The position numbers and the translations under genes are program-made. A stretch of DNA of 63,883 nucleotides, filler included, from Blastocystis sp. subtype 4 (lineage: Eukaryota), in assembly GCF_000743755.1 (NCBI RefSeq). It is 4 parts of 4 records of this genome, joined end to end, with 100 filler letters (N's around TTAATTAATTAA, not from the genome) between each part and the next. Parts side by side here need not be neighbours in the genome. Positions count along the whole stretch, not along the records: positions 37,205 to 55,076 come from NW_014569323.1; positions 55,177 to 63,883 come from NW_014569182.1; 2 more parts are not named here. The stretch is one strand, 5' to 3'. The notes below the pieces were generated by a model that was not told the DNA's origin, did no database searches, and saw only the letters and a program-made list of their open reading frames with translations. Below, in pieces: positions 49,901-63,883 of the stretch; within the stretch, counting starts at the first letter, position 1; each line of letters starts with the position of its first letter.

Positions 49901-52900
49901 CGAAGAAGCCTTACAGTTTTTGAAGATGTTGGTACCATTCTCACAAGCTTCTCGTCTGTTCCTGTTGGGCTTACGTCATGAAATGACTGTATGTTCTCAG
50001 TACTACGTTGGAGGATACCATGATCGGCGACGTAGACGTGAGGGGGCATATTCAGTTGATTATCTCGAGAATTGTGAAGGAGCCTCTCTTCCAGTTATTC
50101 ATTCAGTCATCAACACACTAGAATCACTCTGTCAATTCCTTCTGACCATTTTTACCAAATGTGTTGAGAATCTGCAGTGGCGACTTGGTACATCTATTCT
50201 CTGGTTTATCATGACTGCTACTTCACCAAAACTCCCTTATTTCCACTGTCATTTGAATCTTGCAACCATTCTCCAAAACAGTATCTGGAAGCTCAATAAG
50301 TCCTATGAAATGGCGAATGGATATTCACGGGAATTGCTTCTTTCTCCTGGAGCCTTTTGGGATTCTTTATCACAAAAACCTATTAAGCTCTCTGAATCTC
50401 ATTTCCACCATCTTCTTCGTGAGTTACAGCATCAAGGTTCATCAGTGAATCCTCAGCACGTTGTTATTCCAGGAATATTTCCTGTTGGTGTGATGGGTCT
50501 TGCTAACACAATGCGTCTTTCCTACACATTGTTGCTAGTCAACCAGTTTAGTGATTATCCATCTCGATCACTCCAAAGTCCTGCTAAGAATGCTGATACA
50601 TTGTTCCATTGGACATTAACAGACATGTCTAATCTCTTCATTCGACTAAGTTCTACATATTTGATTCATACTCAAACCCACTTTCATCAGTTCATGACAT
50701 TCTTTACTCGAATGCAAGAAGTGATGCATGACCGAAGTGGTTTATGGCAACCATTTGCACCAATCAGTTATACTAAGAATGATACAGACATAAATTTGTA
50801 CACTTGTATGAAGGTTGTGGATGCCAAGAATATAATGAGAGGAATGATTGCTACAGATATGCTGATATCAGCAGGAGAAGGTGTATTGGCTTCCTATTTG
50901 GCTCTTCTTCTCTTTATTATTCGTACTCGACTTTCTGTCATTCTTCCTTGGGATCAGTATGGTGATATGTTATGGAATATGCTGTATTTCTCTCCTCGTC
51001 ATCAGAAACTTACCATCATGCTCTTTCAGTATATTATTCCTGCTACTGATTATATTCCCCCTGTCTTTAATACAGATACTCTCTCTTTCCCTCAAATGAT
51101 TCATGGTCATTCTGAATCAGACTCTCTTCTTCAGAATCCATTGTTGAAACCACCATATTTCCCTAATTCTGAACCCACAACCAAGTCAAAACGTGAAGCT
51201 TTTGTGTATTTCCTGTTACATCTTGTCTCTCATACTGATTGTTGCCCTGCTTCTCTTGTTGGTGAACGAAGCTCATGTTCTCTTTGTTGTTCATTCTTTC
51301 CGTTTATTTACAATACTCTGTGTCATTCTTCTCCCGCTTATTCACTCCCTGAGAAAGCAAAATTCATTCATGAGATTGAACAAACAGAGCAGAAAGTGTT
51401 TGTATCTACTTGTAAGATGCGTATTCGTCCTGATGGGCATACAGCATCGTTCTGCTCACTTGTCTTTGCTGAGGAGGTAGCTTATCTTATTCGTGTTATG
51501 CTTCGAATGAAGGAATGGAGTAGTATTATGCAACAAGTCTTTCAAGAGATTCTTGATACTGCTGCTACTCGTCTTGCTTCTGAGTCAAATGTACAAGAAC
51601 TAGAGAATACCGATAATCACGGTTTTCATGTGGTTTTACGTCGACGTACACCATGGTTTTGTATGACTACTGCTGTCTTGAAGGTGCTGGGAGCGATTAC
51701 ACCTCGTATGTATGCTGGAAGTACGAGTTCTTGATGGATGGTGAGAATGACATGTCAACACTCATTCACACAGCCTATCAGAGTCATGGTACAGGTACAA
51801 TTATCAAGTATCATCGTTCGATGGGTGAAGCCCTAGTGTTGATGGATAAATTGGATACTCCCAAACTGGTCAATTGTTATGTGTTTGATGTGGTCGATCG
51901 GATAGAGCCTCCACAAGATACAGATGAACAGTATGGGGGATTCCTCAAATCAATTGAGACAATTCTTAAACACTTATCTCTTCACAAAGAAGTCTTTTCT
52001 TTGCCCACTTCAGATATGTCATTTTTCAATACAAATGATCTGTCTTTGATGCCAAGTGAAGTTCAGAATTGTATGTTATATCTGTATTGTGTACGCTGTA
52101 TCAATCATCTTCTTATCAGTAATCAGAAGCTTGTTTGTCAAATCCAATCTCAGACAATCAAGCAACTGGTTGATATCGCAATTCGTCCACTTCCTTGTAA
52201 CATTTCGATCAATACGTTGATTCTACGTCAATATTACAATTTGTTCATTGAATACTTGGTTGATACATTCCCTGGCTCTTCTCGTTTGTTGCCAATGGAA
52301 CTACAGACAGAAGAGGTTGGTGAATCATTTGATGAAGTGGATCTAAAGGATTGTTACGGAGTCGGGAAGGAAGAAAGGAATGAGATGGATGATACATACG
52401 GTCGACCTAATTTGATTCGATATGAACGTCGTATGCGAGCAGCTACAGAGATAGCAGAGAAATATGATTTAGAGCCAGAACGAATGTACCGAATTCTTCA
52501 AGTAGGTAGAAAGAATTATGATTGATGTATAGTCATTTGATGATAATCAAGACAAAGCAATGTCTTTCATATCAAGTCATTCGCTCGCTGAACTCATTGA
52601 TTTCACAGATGACTCTATCGAGATTGAACATATTACTTCTGAGGTTTCTGATGAGTCTGTTCTAACGGATTTGGAGTTGGGAATTCATCGATTGCATGTA
52701 GCCAAGCGATCTTCAGAGAAACCAGTGAACGATATCCTTCTCTCCACACTTCTTCCTCCATTCACACGACTTCAAAAACTCACTGCAGCCAACGTGTTGA
52801 ATCGGAACAGCATTTTTGGGGTCGTGGCTTCTGTCACCGACAAAACTGTTCTCTATTCTCCTATTCCAGAAACTGGTGTGATTACTGCAGTGAATCCTTC

Positions 52901-55056
52901 TGGAGTTACATTATCATTTTTGAATGCGAATTCTGGAATTTTAGAAGAAGATACATTTCCAGCCAATCAGATTTCACTCCACAAATATCGACTTTTATTC
53001 TACTTAAGCAATGTGAAGCAATTTCGAGGTGTTACAGGTCGAATCAGTTGTGTGTTGATCATCAAGTTTATTCGGGAGCTTTTGACATGTCTTATGTACT
53101 ATCAGCAGAGTCAGCATATTGACGTGTTGCAACAATGGCCTACAGAAGCTTCGACGTTTGTTCGCCTGTTTCAATACATGTATGTCGCATATGAGAATAA
53201 TTCGTCTCTCAGTCCTTCACAACATGATCATATGAGCCTTGTAGGCTGTCTATTCCGAATCCTTCAGAATTGTATGATTTATGAAGTGAATCATTCCTCG
53301 CGAGGTGCTGAGTTGTTACGTGCTTTTGAGATTGGAACATGGGATGAACAAATACAGCCTTATCATCATTCTAGTCTCTCTCAAACAAGTGTTTCATCCA
53401 CTCTCAGTTCTCATGGAACTGATGTCACTGCTCGTACTCATGGTTGTTTATCATTTGCAGCTGTTCAGACTGATAACGAATATCGTGTTCATTCTCTGCA
53501 TCCTTGCTTACAGCGCACAAAGTATTATGATCGAGTTATCATACCAGGAGCAGCAGGTTTGCGAGTTATCTTTGATAAGCGTTGTTCTCTGGATTTGGAT
53601 GCTGCTTCTCTAACATTCTTCCAAGATGAACAACATACCGATGTGATTGCTCGTTTTACAGGTGATGCGTCTGCTTTCTGTTCTTTTACTGTTCGTGGTA
53701 ACGCTCTTCGATTCCTCTATGAGTCCAGCTACTCAGCTAAACCTACTTGGGGATATGCATTCATTGTTGAACCCTTTGAGAATATTCGATGGACTGGAGA
53801 CATTGAAGTACTCCAAGGTCACTGCTTTGATTGGTCCTGCTTTGCGTTGGATCTGATTATGGATATTTGCAAAGACACTAGTGACAAAAATCGGGACTAT
53901 TTCGGGTGTGTATTGAAGAATCTGTTATTATATGTTCGAACCGTGGGGATGCCATTCAAATCGACAGTAATTCGTTTATTGACCAAGCTTCTCTCACTTC
54001 GTTGTGCGGGTCTTCAGCGTCCTGATGTGAGGTAAGTTCATTTCTCTGCTATAATATTCAGAGGGCTTACAGACACCGTACTTCGTTATTGTGATCATCT
54101 CGAGAAGTCGGCTATTGTTCCTGTTCAAGTCCCTCTGCTTATCGATTTTCTCTGTATGTGTAATATTGGAGATCAACTAGCATCCATCACTCCATCTCTC
54201 ACCACAACAGAAATTATCCCAGAGTATCCTGGAGAGCTGAATCCTTTGTCTGAAGGCTTACAAAGTGATTTGGATTGTGTGTATTTCATAAGTCGTTGTC
54301 TATATTACCATGTATTGCCGCCTCCAATATTTATCCAACATGCCATTCTTCAGACAGGCAAGACATGGTCAGAACAAACATTCTATCAAACAGTTGAATG
54401 TTACAAAAGATTTACTAAGAAACTGGATATGCAAATTGTAAGTGCCTTGAGTCAACATTGTATGAATACTACCATCGAAATGACTAATTTCCCAATTCAA
54501 GAATTCAGTCTGAGTGAGGATGATCGAGCTAGATTCTATGCTCTATCATCCTTCTCAGATCGTGAAGTGAGACTTCGCTTAGCTCTCATTCAGTACTTCA
54601 ATCAATGTTTGTTAAGGGTGGTTCATTTGGTTGAGCTTGTCAATACTAAACAAGATAACATTACTACACTTGGCAAGTTCATCTCAGGGCTCAGTGGATA
54701 CATTTTTGCTTATGTGAAGGAAAACTTCTTGGAGCTATCTATTGCTCAGACGATTTACCGCGGGAAGGATGCTTATCCTATTGTGGAGTTGGATAATCGT
54801 CGTGTTTACACGGACATGGAACGGAGTGAACAACTAAGTGGAGACACGGAGAGTAAGAGTGCTATCACAAGTCAGTGCTTCTTTGCCCAACTCTTCCGAC
54901 AGATGCAACAGTACCCTGTAGATGTGATGCGTGCTCCTCTGGATGCTCGTGAGCGTCTCCTCTCTGTGAAATACAAGGGAGAACAGGGTTTGGATTGGGG
55001 TGGGTTGTATCGAGATACAATTGAACGATGGTAAGGAAGGAAGAGGAGAATGAGTT
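46932..55056 (+). CDS. Giant HECT-type E3 ubiquitin ligase with a MIB/HERC2 domain; 3'-truncated; 5' end approximate
   Basis: MIB-HERC2 motif GDRVIQGPDWQWGSQ...VRVLWDDG..NVYRYG; CUB-like IPGAAGLRVIFD; HECT N-lobe FAQLFRQM...VKYKGEQGLDWGGLYRD. Confidence 0.8.
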
Positions 55057-55156
55057 GTAGTGTGGAAGATCTGTTCNNNNNNNNNNNNNNNNNNNNNNNN
55101 NNNNNNNNNNNNNNNNNNNNTTAATTAATTAANNNNNNNNNNNNNNNNNNNNNNNN
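55057..55156. other. Artificial contig spacer
   Basis: N-run, TTAATTAATTAA, N-run. Confidence 0.97.
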
Positions 55157-55157
55157 N

Positions 55158-55379
55158 NNNNNNNNNNNNNNNNNNNTTCGCAAACTCTCTCAATTGATTC
55201 TGGATAAGAAGCTGAATGCCAGTTTAGATCAGGGAAGAGGATTGTTGGTCATGCTTCCTCCTCCTGAGGAACATGCAGTTGCTGTGAAGACTGTGGAGAC
55301 AATTGATATGTTAAATGAGGTTGTGGATGCGTTGAAAACAAGGGCGGAAATATGCAATGCCAAATTGCAGGAGATGTGA
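55158..55379 (+). CDS. PSMD11: 26S proteasome lid subunit Rpn6/PSMD11, C-terminal fragment
   Basis: KLSQLILDKKLNASLDQGRG...ETIDMLNEVVDAL matches the Rpn6 PCI end. Confidence 0.8.
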   Translation, partial: XXXXXXXRKLSQLILDKKLNASLDQGRGLLVMLPPPEEHAVAVKTVETIDMLNEVVDALKTRAEICNAKLQEM

Positions 55380-55414
55380 AAATGCATTGTTTGTTGATAA
55401 CAAATATATTAAGG

Positions 55415-56037
55415 TTAAGCGAAAAGAACCAAAAGAAGAACCAAAAGGAACGAAAGAGAATAAGAAGGAAGGGAGGAGAACGAAGAGTCCGTCGTATTGT
55501 ATTCTCTCCACTCCAAATCAGTACACAAGAGAATTGTGTTATCTTCTTCAGTAATAACGATACTTCTAGATGTGATTGGAATGACAATGAAAGACTGTGT
55601 ATCCAGAGATAGATCATCGTTAATTCGTTGTTTCATGGCGATTTCTCCGTCGATAGAAGTCTTTGTTGTAAGGATGGTATCATCGACCCTCAGATTGGGA
55701 GAATACTTGGAATCCGTAAGCAAAGGACATCCATCATCAGAAAGAATGATCTTCACGTTGTTATATCCATATCCCTAGAGTCAAACACACTCTGAATGCC
55801 TACCACGCAACACGTTTCGTTTCCAGTATCATATTGGTCACTGCACACCATGATATTCAAATCCAGATGTGATACAGTATCCTCCGTCCAGAGTCGATAA
55901 TAATTATCAAAACCAAAACTCACAGACACGTTTGTATATGTTAGCCATGGCCTTGTTCCATTTTCTGCAGCATAGAAAAGGATCTCAGCATTAGTAAAAC
56001 TGAAGAGAGTTATAGAAAGCAGTAAAAAAGAAAGCAT
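55415..56037 (-). CDS. Small secreted or membrane-anchored protein (signal peptide plus hydrophobic C-terminus)
   Basis: MLSFLLLSITLFSFTNA leader; ends SSFSSLPSYSLSFLLVLLLVLFA, resembling a GPI signal or TM anchor; one short intron near 55775. Confidence 0.6.
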
Positions 56038-56234
56038 TGAATAAATAATAAGAAAAACTGAAGTTTATAACAAACATCCTCGAAGGGGATAGATCCATAT
56101 CCTCCATTGATGATTCGTTCCATGGGATGCGCCGATCAATAGTACATAAGGTATGAAAACGATACTCAAAATACAACGACAGATAGAATGATGATTATGA
56201 TTCAAGTTGCCTCAAGAACAAACAAAACATAAAA

Positions 56235-58760
<2,526 letters not shown>

Positions 58761-59179
58761 CTAAATGATATACCAGAATGACTACTTGATGATGGCTTCA
58801 ATGAAACATAATCTGTTCCACTAATGAGGGAATCAGGTGCTCGGTACAGAATAGTCGTATTGAAAGTCTACCTATCAACATTAAAGAACAAAGATACATC
58901 AATAATCGACATTGAAGAAGAACTAGCTCTAACAAACATCTTCGGGAAGTGACCAAACGAATGGATTCTTCCTTTCCGGAAAACGACATTCTGTACACTT
59001 CTCAACATTGATGTCTTCACCGAGTGTCAGATTTTGCTTTGTTGGGATCCCCATATTTGGGTAAACTGTTCTAACTTCATCCCTTTCTTCTCGTGAAAAG
59101 TGTACTCGTTGTTTACTTATGTTGTCCATGAGAACCAGAGGAAGGAAGTAGGCTTTAGAGCTGACTTCTCAAAAGATGT

Positions 59180-59814
59180 TTCTATCGCCAAGGAAACTTC
59201 TTCGTTCTATATGGAGATTACCGTCAGAATCGATTAACACTCTCCTTAGGTCCTGATCGGTAGATGTATGAAGAAGATGTGATTTTAGTTTTCCATTTCT
59301 TGTTTCATGGATTGGATGCGCCATTTACGCCTATCTCTCGTTCCAGTGTCCTGAGTTGTATGAGTGCAGTTCATTCGTTCGTATTCTGTTTAAGTTGTTG
59401 GTCCTGATCATGGTCTTATCGTTTCTGTATACTGGTGTGTATGATCCAGGTGTGATTCGAAGTACTGAAGAGAACTCTCTGGCTCGGGGAAGTGTATTAG
59501 AGAGTCAGAAATATTCCTACTGTTCTCTGTGTGATCTCTATCGTCCTGAAGGAGCCAAGCATTGTCCGAAATGTGGTGTATGTTTATACAACTGTGACCA
59601 TCACTGTATTGTAATGGGGTAGGGGTATCAGAAACCTTTCATTGTAGTCAATGTGTGGCTCGTAACAATCTCATTACCTTCTATGTCTTCCTAGTGAGTC
59701 TATTTCTGGTTCAGTTTTTACATTTCTATATGGGAACATCACTGGCAAGTCACTATTTCTTATTCCTGAAGTCGTTTTATATCAAACTAGGAAAGCTGTT
59801 GCATATTATTCCCT
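59180..59814 (+). CDS. DHHC palmitoyltransferase; 5' end uncertain; stop probably poly(A)-made at 59814
   Basis: DPGVI, YCSLCDLYRPEGAKHCPKCGVCLYNCDHHC...CVARNN, flanked by TM helices. Confidence 0.88.
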
Positions 59815-59857
59815 CTCTTGTTTGTACAAACAAATCATTCAAAATTAACGACTAGAA

Positions 59858-62800
59858 TTACTGCATGGCAGACATGATAGCAGATTTTACTTCAGGTTCC
59901 AACGATCCAATCAGTTGCTGTAATTGATTGGATGGAATGCTCTTCAGAATATTCACAATAGCACTCTTGGTCTCAGGATAAACCACTTCATATTCGTTAT
60001 CACCATCATCATATGTAGGCAAAAGCAGAAGTGGAAGAAGATGCATAACAGGTTCAAGAAGATTCGAAGAATTGAAAATACCATGATTTGGCTTCATCAA
60101 TTCGTTCACAAGTAACTCATGAACAGTCTGAGCCTCAGCCACATCCTCCTGCATAGGAAGATAATCCAAAATGAACTTCATCCCAGTATTCCATTCTCTT
60201 GGAGAGATTGCTTCACGGAAGTTAACCAGGATACTAAGCACAGCAGAGACGGCATTATCGGTGGAACAAGCATAGTCCTCATCCAGAGCCTGATCACTTT
60301 TTATCACATTCATCAAGGCAGTAAGAATGTCCTTCACTTGACCACCAATGATAGCAGGGAACTTCTCCACAATGATCTTGATTCCATACAGCACAGCTTG
60401 ACGAAGTGCTGGATCCTCACAATTCATATGTTGCGAGAAGTAGTTCATCATGGGAGGAACAAACTCGTTCATGATAGGTGATGCATACAGCAGCATGTCA
60501 TCCATCGTACACACACCAGTGAACTGAATGTACTCGAAACTCGATTGCATAGCCTGTTGACAAGAAGGAAGAAGCTTCTCCGCAAAGAGTGGCTGGATCT
60601 GGACAGATGTGTATCGAATTACATATCCCATCGCATCAAGCAAGCATTCCACACAATCCTTTTCCTCTCCAGCTGCTTCCTCGAATTCATTTCTTGCATC
60701 GTCCATCTCGCGATCATTGAAGTCAATCTCTTTGTACATTGTCTCTAACACCTTGACAGACTCATCAATACACTGATGGAGCATGGTCACAAGGGAGGAG
60801 AGAGTGTCTCCAGTAAGAGGCATGCGCTGATTCGTATAGTTGTGATGATACTCCTCGCCTGACTCATAACAGATCTGAATCGAATCACGAATGCACTCGG
60901 CCAACACACTTCGTTCGCTAGCATTGTCTTCAGCATCATATTGGTCAAACAGAGTTGGCATCATCTCATTGAAATATGCCACACACACATCCACAGGAGT
61001 CTGACCAGCCTTCAAACTGTTTACCAATAGTTCGAGCATCTGAGGCAAGATCTTGGCACACAAGGAACGAACATCCTCATGGAATGAGAAATCGACAAGA
61101 GGGAAGACAATGTCATGAATTGAATTCACAAATGGAAGCATCATATCCTTAGCATCGATAATTAGATTGTGAATCAAACGAACAGCATTGCTGATGGTTT
61201 CAATAGCTGTGGTGTTGATCGATAACTGAACCTTGCCCATACCCTGAGTCTCTACAGTAGTACGCTCCACACCGTTATCGATCTGATGGTCAGGACCAGA
61301 GACAACCTGTTTCACAGAGAAACCAACATCTGTCTGAGCCATCTTGAGCAAATAAGGAATCATGATCTGGAGGAACTGCTCCTGTTGGGGCTTCTCACAG
61401 TACTGGAAGATCTCAGCAGCACAATCCAATAAGCAGTTCAGACGCTCATCTCCCAGAGGTGTCTTCTCAATGAGATTCAACAGGAACTGCATGATGTCCC
61501 AAGCTTCCTTCTGTGAGGTGGCCTTGCCCATACTAGAGACGAGGGATGCTGGAAGTGAGAAAGAGAACGAATCACGTACAGAGACAACCACATGCAGACA
61601 CATGGACATTGATGGACTCAGGAGTGACTTCTCCGCTGAGAATACCGATAAGACCCTGAACAATGCTGTGATAGAAGGGAGTGAAGTCATCCTTTGTCGC
61701 ACGACAGAGATTTCCAATAGCAGTAATGGCTTCAGCTTGGACAGAAGGAGTACTAACAGTGATAATAGAACCATAGACTTACGGGGCTCCACAGAGCGAG
61801 GAAAGCCATTCAACAAGAGCAGGGAGAGTAGATTTAAAGATCTTCTTGGAAATCATTTCACAGTTACAGAACTGGCCCAGTGCCGATGCGGCGATAGCCT
61901 GAACACGCATACAAGGCTGTCTCTGAATCAGTCCAAGAATACCCTGAATGATCTGGGTTCCGACCTTCTTCTGGAAGAGACCAGAAAGAGCAACAGACAC
62001 AAAAGCAATACTCTGGAGAGCGACAAACACAACACGAGGATGTGGATCATTCAAACCTCCCAACATCGTATTTGTGTGTAACTTGAGATCAGTCTCGATC
62101 TGCTTCTTGCATCCATCCGACATATTGCTGATCAGGGTGTACACACAACGTCGCATCTTCCAGTCCTGACTACGAGAACATTGTGACATCAACTGCATGA
62201 TAGGCTTGTAGGCAGCAGCATGAAGTGAGTTGGAGATGCTGCTTACCATCTACAATCAGAGCTCAATCAAATTCCTACCACACATCCCATTACATGGGTA
62301 GCAGTATCTGTGTCCAGCTCCTCCTCAGATCCAAACACTCCATTCACCCAATTCTCATCATCGTCAATATCCATCATCATACTCACAGCAATCTGAAGAT
62401 ACTGATTCAAGTACTCGTTATGCTTACGGAAGAAACCACCATTCTCCTGAGCAATCACAGTAATGATATCGGCAGCCATACTACGTACACCCGTAGGATA
62501 CGTATTGTTTCCACTGATACTCAAACACATTTCAATAATCGTGGACAAGTGGTCACGAAGGTACGAACAAGCAATTCTAGGATCAAACATACTCCATGCA
62601 CCTACTCCACACAGCTATCAAGATCTTCAAGCAGAGAAAGGAGCGAATCTTCATCACCAGCAGCGAGGACTCCTTGAATTGTACCAATAACCGCTGGAAG
62701 AGCAGTAGCAAAAGTGGATACAATATCATCAACTTCCAACATGAGGAGTTTCATTACAGTCTAGGAATGAGAACATGAGAGAATACCAACATGAGAGGCC

Positions 62801-63502
62801 GCAACCTTGTAGGCAAGATTACCGCTTTGGAGGGCAGAAGAGAGAGTCTGAATAATCGATTGCATATTACCTGAAACGATCTAAGGATGAATGAAATCAC
62901 CAATTCATACACTCTCGTTGTTGTAGCCAACTTCTCCAAGCAAATACATTCCATCAACACACACATCCGTGGGCTGAGAACAAGCAGCGATCATGAAATC
63001 ATATAAGCCAGGCCAATTCTCATCTAAAATACTAACTTGCGAAATGACATCGCAAAGAGAACGACGAACACGACTATCTCCCTCGGACTGGAAGAGTTGA
63101 AGAAGGAATCCTTCCACTACCTATCAACCGACCCAACAAATACTACCCTGACTCTTTTCACTATCAGAAAGCTTCTTCCAAGCTTTGCTGTCAATCACTT
63201 TACGGAGAATGACCGCAATGAACGCCTTCTGAGACGAACTCACGTTGGACTGCAAGAAAGAAAAGAACTGGGTGATAACCTAGGTAATAAAATGAATATT
63301 ACTTCTGTACGTTGAGAATATCCGCCTCTCTCATATTATCCAGCTGAGCCTCAGCCTATCAATGAGAAACAGAATAAGAACAATACAGCATCACGAACAG
63401 CGTTATCCGGTGAACGCAGGGATTCAATGAAGGAAGAAAACTCGTCAGAACTACAATTGTTATAACTCAATTCATTGATTAATACACCTGAATTGCAGAC
63501 AT
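59858..63502 (-). CDS. IPO5: Importin-5 / karyopherin beta-3 (Pse1/Kap121)
   Basis: HEAT-repeat protein starting ...LRSPDNAVR; DWKMRR...DGCKK, DPHPRV, FHEDVR, TDNAVSA and LPMQEDVAEAQTVH segments typical of IPO5. Confidence 0.85.
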
Positions 63503-63883
63503 TTTCTACCGCTAGTTAGTCGTTTGTGGTTGTTTTCTATCAGCAAAAATTGGGCGATATTTTGGAGTAATCGCAGTTATTCAAGTTTAGTTTATTTCTG
63601 GAATAGAGAGAAGATCAGGATACTTTTTAGGTGAGAGTCACATCAGTCATCACAGCAGGATACAACAACACTACTTTATCCAGTTAAAAAAGTAGAAAAC
63701 ATCTTCTAATAGTGTGCAACAAAACAAATAAGATTATGAAACACTAAGGATGTGATTTGGATGCTTTCTCCTTTTTAGCAGTTCGTTCCTTCTTCTCTCC
63801 ATTCAATAGTCCCTTCTTTCCATTTCCAGAATTCTTCTTTCCCTCTTTACTTTGGATAGTTCGTTTCTTCTCTGTTTTTCCTT

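Noticed and set aside
61362..62677. Plus-strand ORFs opposite importin-5, and similar shadow ORFs elsewhere
   Set aside because: Antisense or alternate-frame shadows of well-supported genes.

Overview
Eukaryotic, gene-dense nuclear DNA with very short (about 28-36 nt) GT-AG introns and a TGTTTGTT-type element at many gene 3' ends. These traits, plus anaerobic mitochondrion-related-organelle (MRO) genes, point to Blastocystis (inferred, no database search). The window is four contigs joined by artificial N-TTAATTAATTAA-N spacers (about 17993, 37105 and 55057), so neighbourhood across spacers means nothing. About 30 protein genes or fragments are recognisable: NDUFB7, an ERGIC/Erv46-family protein, methylmalonyl-CoA mutase, a divergent Hsp70, U2SURP, an AP mu fragment, an Ig-like surface protein, a Moco-sulfurase-like enzyme, cyclin K/T, CK2 alpha, phosphate carrier, PRPF4, a cold-shock protein, a PFO C-terminus, a USP, an ECHDC1-like crotonase, a biotin carboxylase alpha subunit, a MOB, a giant HECT ligase, an Rpn6 C-terminus, FtsH/YME1, a DHHC protein and importin-5. 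There are also tRNA-Asp and an intron-containing tRNA-Tyr. Most notable observations: about eight genes appear to get their stop codon from polyadenylation, including a convergent pair sharing one back-to-back signal; a MOB protein spliced to a tail ending in a Ras-like CaaX box; an AT-AC minor intron in the cyclin; a Moco-sulfurase-like protein with a hydrophobic leader and no MOSC domain; and MRO-targeted ECHDC1-like and cold-shock proteins. Gene models were spliced by eye and some 5' ends are approximate.
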